Below are positions 54,484 to 64,000 of a stretch of DNA of 64,000 nt, piece after piece. This DNA comes from the human T2T-CHM13v2.0 reference genome, Homo sapiens: the NCBI RefSeq assembly GCF_009914755.1, contig NC_060926.1, one strand, 5' to 3'. The first letter of the stretch is position 1, and every line of letters begins with the position of its first letter. The translations under genes and the position numbers were made by a program. The notes beneath the pieces are model-generated. The model saw only the letters and a program-made list of their open reading frames with translations, was not told where the DNA came from and ran no database searches.

Positions 54484-57447
54484 TTAACATTGTAAGGAGA
54501 CTGTGGACCTGTTACAGCAGAAAACAGATATAATAGGCAAAAATTATTTTTTAAAAAATCTCCAGAAATTGTTCTAAAAACATACAGCAGACTTTTAAAA
54601 AACTTGTCTGAGAAAATGTACTAAATCTCTGTAAGACAAACAAGAGTCTGTGGCACGTGAGCAATGTTTGCCTCACTCTAACCTCTCCCTCCCAGGTCAC
54701 CTTCATAAAAGTTCAACTCTGGGAAGGTGTGCCCAAATTGAGATTACCTGCCCCATTAATTTCCAATCAAAGGATACAGTATATCACCAGGAAGGTAGCC
54801 ACCAGCATTTCTCAGCCCCTCTTACTCCAAGTTGCAGAGGATAAATTCCTGGTGAGTATGGCCAGGAGGCCACGTGGCCACCTGGCCACCACTAATAGAT
54901 CAGAGGATTAATCTCACACATGGAAGGATGAGCATACTGGGCCCCTGATTGCCCTGACCCCAGCTTACTTATAGGATGGAAGTTTCACATCAGGAGAGGC
55001 AAGCTAAGAAGCCTCACTTCAAACAGAGTAGGGAAGTTAAAACCCAAGGGAACCATTGAAAACAACAGAGATTCTCATGGTAAGCAATTAAGAGGAGGCT
55101 GGCAGTTCTATGAGGGCAAGAAGCTAAACTGTAGGCTAGGTAGCTTACCAGAGACTACAAGGAAAAGAGACACTTAAGTAGAGCCTTCCTGGGGACACAA
55201 CAAACATGAAAGACTGGCCTCAAACACTGCCGTTACCAGAATTTACTTAGATGAGACTGTAGAGCAATTTATGCCTCAGGACTGTTTTGAAAATAATAGA
55301 ACAATTAGACAGCCATCAATGTAGCATAACATCTTAGTGGAAATACCCAATAAGGCAGAGAGCTTAACAGAGATATCAGGGAAAGAGACAGTCAAAAAGA
55401 GCCCTCCTAAAATTGCTACAATCCCACGGTGACTGTGTATATGCCCAAGGCTGTACCCTCTGAGGAGTGACATCAGAAGCTTCACACTGTGAGGAAAATA
55501 GACTTCACTATCATAGTCTAGCCAAGTCAGTAAACAAATTAAGAAGTAAACAAAAAAAAAAAAAGGAAAGAAGAGAGAAAAAAAATGTTCTAGAGAGGGA
55601 AGTGAAAAAACATTATGCAGCATTACTAAAGTATTACTTAAAATGTCTAGTTTACAACAAAAATAAATAAGAGCGATGCAAATAAACAGGAAACTTTGAC
55701 CCACACGTAGGAAGAGGAGCAAGCAACAGATGTTGACTTTAGAGGACCCAAGTGTTTGATTTAAGAGTAAAAGACTTCAAGTCAACCAACATAAATAGAG
55801 TCAAATAACCAAAGGAATGCATGCTTAAAGAAATAAAGAAAGCTATGATGCAGTGCCATGAAATAGAGAATATTATAAGAAGGTAGGAACTGTAAAATGG
55901 ACCAAATGGGACATCTTAATTGAAAAGTACAATAAACAGAAGTAACAAATTGACAAGAGGCTAAACAGTATACTTGAACTAGTAGAGGAAAGACTCAACA
56001 ATAGAAATTATACAATTCAAAGAACAGATATAAAAATAAACAAAAATGAACAATGTCTCAGAGAAACACGGGTTGCCATTTAGCACAGAAACGTATGTAT
56101 AACAGGAGGACTAAAAGCAAAGGAGAAAGAGAAAACAAAAAGGAATAATACTCAAAGAAATAACAGTTAAAAACAACAATATGCAATCCTAAAAGCTCAA
56201 CAAACTCTATATAGGATAAACAGAAAGAGATCCACACACGAAAACATCATAACAAAGGGAAAGGATATTCTGAAAGCAGCAAGAGAAAAACAAATGACAG
56301 GTGCAGAAAAACCCCAATAAGATCAACAAGTGATTACTCACCAGAAACAATGGAAGCCAGAAAGTGGTAGAATGGAATATTCAACAACATGAAACAAAAC
56401 AAAACAAACCAACCCACAATTATCCATCAAGGATCTTATATCTAGCAAAATTGTCTCCCAAAAATGAGGAAGAAATAAAGGCATTGTCAGATTAATAATA
56501 ATGATAATAATAATAAAAACAAAGAGAACCCATTGCTAGCAAATTCACATTACAGGAAATACTTCAAGAAAGCTGTTCAGGCTGAAAGCAGGTAACTTAG
56601 AGAGTAATTTAAATCCACATGAAAAAACAAAGAGTACAAGTAAAGGTAATTACGCAAAAAAGATAAAAAGATAGTACAAATGTATATTTATTTTTCTTTT
56701 TCTCCTAGCTGATTTTGAAAACAACTATATACAAAATATGTATTAAATTTTCTATTGGAAGAACAACATTTAGAAGTGTAATATGTATTTATTGCACAGA
56801 GGAGGTGCACAGGAGCAAAGCTTATTTGGAGTAGGAAAATGATACTACATAGGAACACAAATGCACAAGAACAAATGAGGAGAATCTGACATGGTAAATA
56901 AGATTAATGTATAAAACTCTATGAATATATATATACCTCCTCTTCTTTCTTACCTCAGCTTCTTAGATGGACAGAAAATTATGTAAACCAATAATTATAA
57001 CAATGTATTGTTTGTTGTTGAGTTTGTGACATATATAATACATATATATGTAATATAACTATATAGAAATACCATGTATCACTGGAATAAATTAGTATAA
57101 ATCTGAAGTAGGTTCAGATAAAGGAACCAGTAAAAATTATCTAAAACATACATAATAAAATTATTAAATAATTTAAATGTTATACTAGAATATATTCTTT
57201 TAATGAAAGAAAAGGATAATAAAGGGGAAAATGCACATGAGGTCTATAAAAAGCACAATGTCAGACATAAATCCAAATATATCAATAATAAGAATAAATG
57301 TGAATGGATTAAACAATGTAATCAAAGGTAGTTTTTCAGACTGGATAGAAGACAAAATCCAATAGTATCCTATTTATAAGAGATAAAATTTAGATTCAAA
57401 GGTAGAAATAGATAGAACCAAAGGAGGAAAAAGTCATGTTAATTACA

Positions 57448-60281
<2,834 letters not shown>

Positions 60282-61944
60282 TTCATGCTAATATCTGTTA
60301 AACCATAAGTAAGCAAGAGTTGCTATACTAATATCAAAAAAATACATTTTAAAACAAATCTGTTACTAGAAATGAAGAGGTCTCAATTTCTAAGGGTCAA
60401 TGCATCAAAAAGATGTAATAATTATAAACATATATGCACCTCACAGCACAGCTGCCAATTGCATAAAGCAAAATCTAACAGATTTGAAGGAGCACATAGA
60501 TAATCAATAATGAAAAGTAAAAATTTTAATATCCCACTTTCAATAATTTATAGAACAATCAGACAAAAGATGACAAGGAAATAAAATACTTTAGAACTCT
60601 CTAATTCAACAGGACCAGACACCTATAGACCATTCCATCCAACAATAACAGAATATGCATTCTTCCCAAGTGCACATGAAACATTCTCAAGGATAGAACA
60701 TCTGATAAAATAACCCTCAATAAGTAGAAAAGAATTGAAATCATACAAAGTATTCTCTCCAACCACAATGGAGAAAACAGTGAAAATACATTTGGAAAAT
60801 TTACAAATAAGTAGAAATTAAACACAAAGGTAATTACACAAAAGTAATTACACAAAAGAAATTAAACACAAAGAAATTAAACACAAATTTGATACAAAGG
60901 TATCAAATAATAAATTATAAATATATTAGAAAATGCTTTAAAGTAAATGAAAATGAAGACAGAACATGCCAAAAATATGTGGTTCATCTGAAATAATGCT
61001 TAGAGGGACATTTATATTTGTAAATGCATACGTTGTAAAAGAAAAAAGATCTCAAATCAGTTGCCTAATTTTTCTCTTGACGGCCTTGAAAAAGAAGAGC
61101 AAAGTAAATCCAAAGCAAGAAGTTATAAAAATAAAGGAGAAATTAATAAACTGAAGAATAGAAAGCAACACATGAAATCAACAAACCTAAAAGTTGGTTC
61201 CTTGAAAAGATCAACAAAAGTGATAAAACTTTAGCTAGATCGGAATGTCTAAGAAAGAGACAGAGAAACAGAGGGAATTGAAATTACTAAATAAAAATAA
61301 AACAGAACATTACTACCACTGATTTTACAGAAATATATGTAATTATAAGAGAATAACATGAAAAATTATGTGTTGCATACACCATTACCTAATTAAAGAT
61401 TAAGTAAAAGAGATACATTTTTAGAAGGACACAAACTACTCAAACTGATTCAGGAATAAATAAAAAATGTAAATACATTTGTAAAAAATATAAAGATGGA
61501 ATTAGAAATTAGCTCCAGGCCCAGATGGCTTCACCAGTGAATTCTATCAAACATTTAAAGATGAATTAATATTAATTTACTGCTCTTCTAAAAAATAGAA
61601 GAGGAGAGAATCATTCTCAACTGATCTGATGAAGCTAATGTTACCCTGATACCAAAATCAGACAAACACAAGAAAAGAAAATTACAAACATTTTATCAAT
61701 GTAGAAAATAAAACTACAAGGATTTTATGAATATAAATACAGAAATCCTCCACAAATTATGAGCAAACAGAATCCAGAAACACATAAAAAGTATTACATG
61801 CTCTATCTGTATAGGATTTTTCTCAGAAATGAAAAATTAGTTTAACATTCAAAAATCAATTGTTTTGAGGAATTAATTATGTTAGGTAAGGGACAAATAA
61901 TCTAGAGTTCTAAAATAGCTAGAATATAAGTTCTATGTCAAAAA

Positions 61945-62040
61945 ATTTTATCTCTTGTATGTCTTGTACTCATGGCTTCTAGAACAAAGCTTGGCACATA
62001 GTTGGTGTTAAAATATCTGTGGAATCAATAAAGAAATGAC
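61945..62040 (+). mobile_element. L2 3' end fragment
   Basis: ctagaacaaagcttggcacatagttggtgttaaaatatctgtggaatcaataaa. Confidence 0.6.
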
Positions 62041-63311
62041 AAGGACTGTGCTAAATACAGAAAACATTTAATCCTGTAAAGGATCATATCAGGTAAATAT
62101 TATTACACCTATGTTATTACAAGAAACCAAGACACTAGCCAACTGATTAATTAAATTTATACCTGTGATATTGTAAGGGGAAATTAATGGGCCATAGTTT
62201 ATAGAACCAAAACTCTGGCAGGAGTACAATTAACCAGCAAGGATTACCCTCTTTAGGTACTCAGCAGTAATTTGGCTAAGTTCCATTGGGTGGTGAAAGT
62301 ACATTGCTAGGGTAAAGTATTTTATCATTATTATTATTTTACCAGAACTGCAAAGTCATCGACAATAATGAAAAGTAACAGTTTTCAAACGGAACTGAAA
62401 TCACCCAATTTTTATCCAATAGTCATGAAAGACGTTATAGGAAAACAAGCTATTCTCCCACTATCCATAGCAGATTTCTCTTCTTCCTGGATCTTTCTAA
62501 TGTTCATTTTTTAAAATATATATTTTGGGTTAGAAATATAATTTTGGGTGCCTTCTTGAAGAGATATGATTCTGGATTATCAAATTAGGCCAAAAATAAT
62601 GGATTATTTCAATATGTTCAAGATGTGCACAGATCATGGACATTAACAATCAGTAGTACACTCACATACATTCATTCGCCAACAAAGAATGAAAGTAAGA
62701 ATCAACTGCTGGAAGCTTACAATATGGCAGCTGCTCTGCTTGGCAATGTGGATATAAATGGTGTGCAAGGTATTTTCCAGAACATTAAGGAACTCACACA
62801 GTAGCAGTGTGAGGAGGGGGAGAGTCAGAAAGACATCCAAGTTCTTAGCTACACTAAAATGTGAAGAATTATTTGGCTCCTTCTTGAGACCAGTATTCTC
62901 ATTTTAGTAATTCCATGGTAAGTGGTCCCAATGAAAAACATACTTTTCCTACTTTTTCTTCCCCTTTCCACAAAATGGGTAGGAGTTTAGATAATGCAGC
63001 CTCTTGAATTTGAAAACAGGCCAGATGTTTTTTTTTTTAAAACAACACCTCATAAATAAAGAGACATATCTTTTCATCTGCAACCTGTTGACTTTAGCCA
63101 AAAATTCTCTTGAATGAAAATATTTTATCTCTGAATTTTCTCTTGAATCTCTCTTTGATGACTTTCTCAGCAGTACATCTCTTGACTGGTCCTCAAATAA
63201 TGAGAAATTACACAGTTAATGTAGGTAATGTTCACCTGGAATTAAGGGGCAAAAGCTAACCCCTAAGAATTTAGGGAAGCCTACTTTGTTAAAATTGAGA
63301 AAAATATTGCC

Positions 63312-63544
<233 letters not shown>

Positions 63545-63678
63545 TCACAGAATGTATTAAGGACAGTAAATCTTAAAAAAATCCAAATATTTAACATTTA
63601 AATAAAATTTAAACTACATTTTTTAAATGGAAAAATAAAAACACATTTAATATCATACAATTATTAATACATATAAAA

Positions 63679-63847
63679 GCCATGTATGGTGGCTCGCACC
63701 TGTAGTCCCAGCTACTCAAGAAACTGAGGCAGGAGGATCTCTTGAGCCCAGGAGTTTGAGGCTAAAGTCAGCTATGATTATACCACTGAATTCTAGCCTG
63801 GGTGACAGTATGAGATCTTTTCTCTAACAAACAAACAAACAAAAACA
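63679..63847 (+). mobile_element. Alu monomer (FRAM/FAM-like) with an (AAAC)n tail
   Basis: Single right-arm-type monomer: cctgtagtcccagctactc...ttgagcccaggagtttgaggct. Confidence 0.85.
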
Positions 63848-64000
63848 ATTATCTATATGTATGTTAATCATTTTATTAATTTTTCTATATGTATAGTCAA
63901 ATTGTAAACAACCACCATGAAGCTATGTATACTGTCTATCCATCTACTATTTAAGAATGGCAAACTGATATCCATTTCATGTTATTTAGCAAATACACAA

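Noticed and set aside
62590-62803. Plus-strand open frame (...KNQLLEAYNMAAALLGNVDINGVQG) with a possible donor, and a minus-strand GTGAGT donor near 62660
   Set aside because: Neither strand has a convincing acceptor and the peptide is unrecognised; this is compatible with chance.

Overview
AT-rich primate (human-like) genomic DNA made mostly of transposable-element fossils. I recognise no host protein-coding gene, RNA gene or CRISPR array; most ORF-track entries are broken L1 ORF1/ORF2 pieces, Alu read-throughs or low-complexity artefacts. Bases 1-36300 are almost all LINE-1. They include a ~23.8 kb nested stack bracketed by one target-site duplication (TSD): a minus-strand L1MA carries two near-full-length L1PA elements and an MST LTR, and these carry an MLT2A LTR and a twin-primed L1PA. 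Bases 36300-51000 are mostly unique sequence with MIR/L2/LTR fragments and one candidate minus-strand exon. Bases 51000-64000 hold an L2>MER33>L1 nest, an old L1M with a two-LTR MaLR provirus, and Alus. The most unusual feature is a ~380 bp templated insertion at 52563-52940: an inverted ~90% copy of DNA 2 kb downstream plus a 33-bp-arm hairpin, which looks like a fossil of multi-step template switching. I see no evidence for a new enzymatic or defence system. Subfamily names are from recalled consensus motifs, and boundaries are approximate unless a TSD is given.
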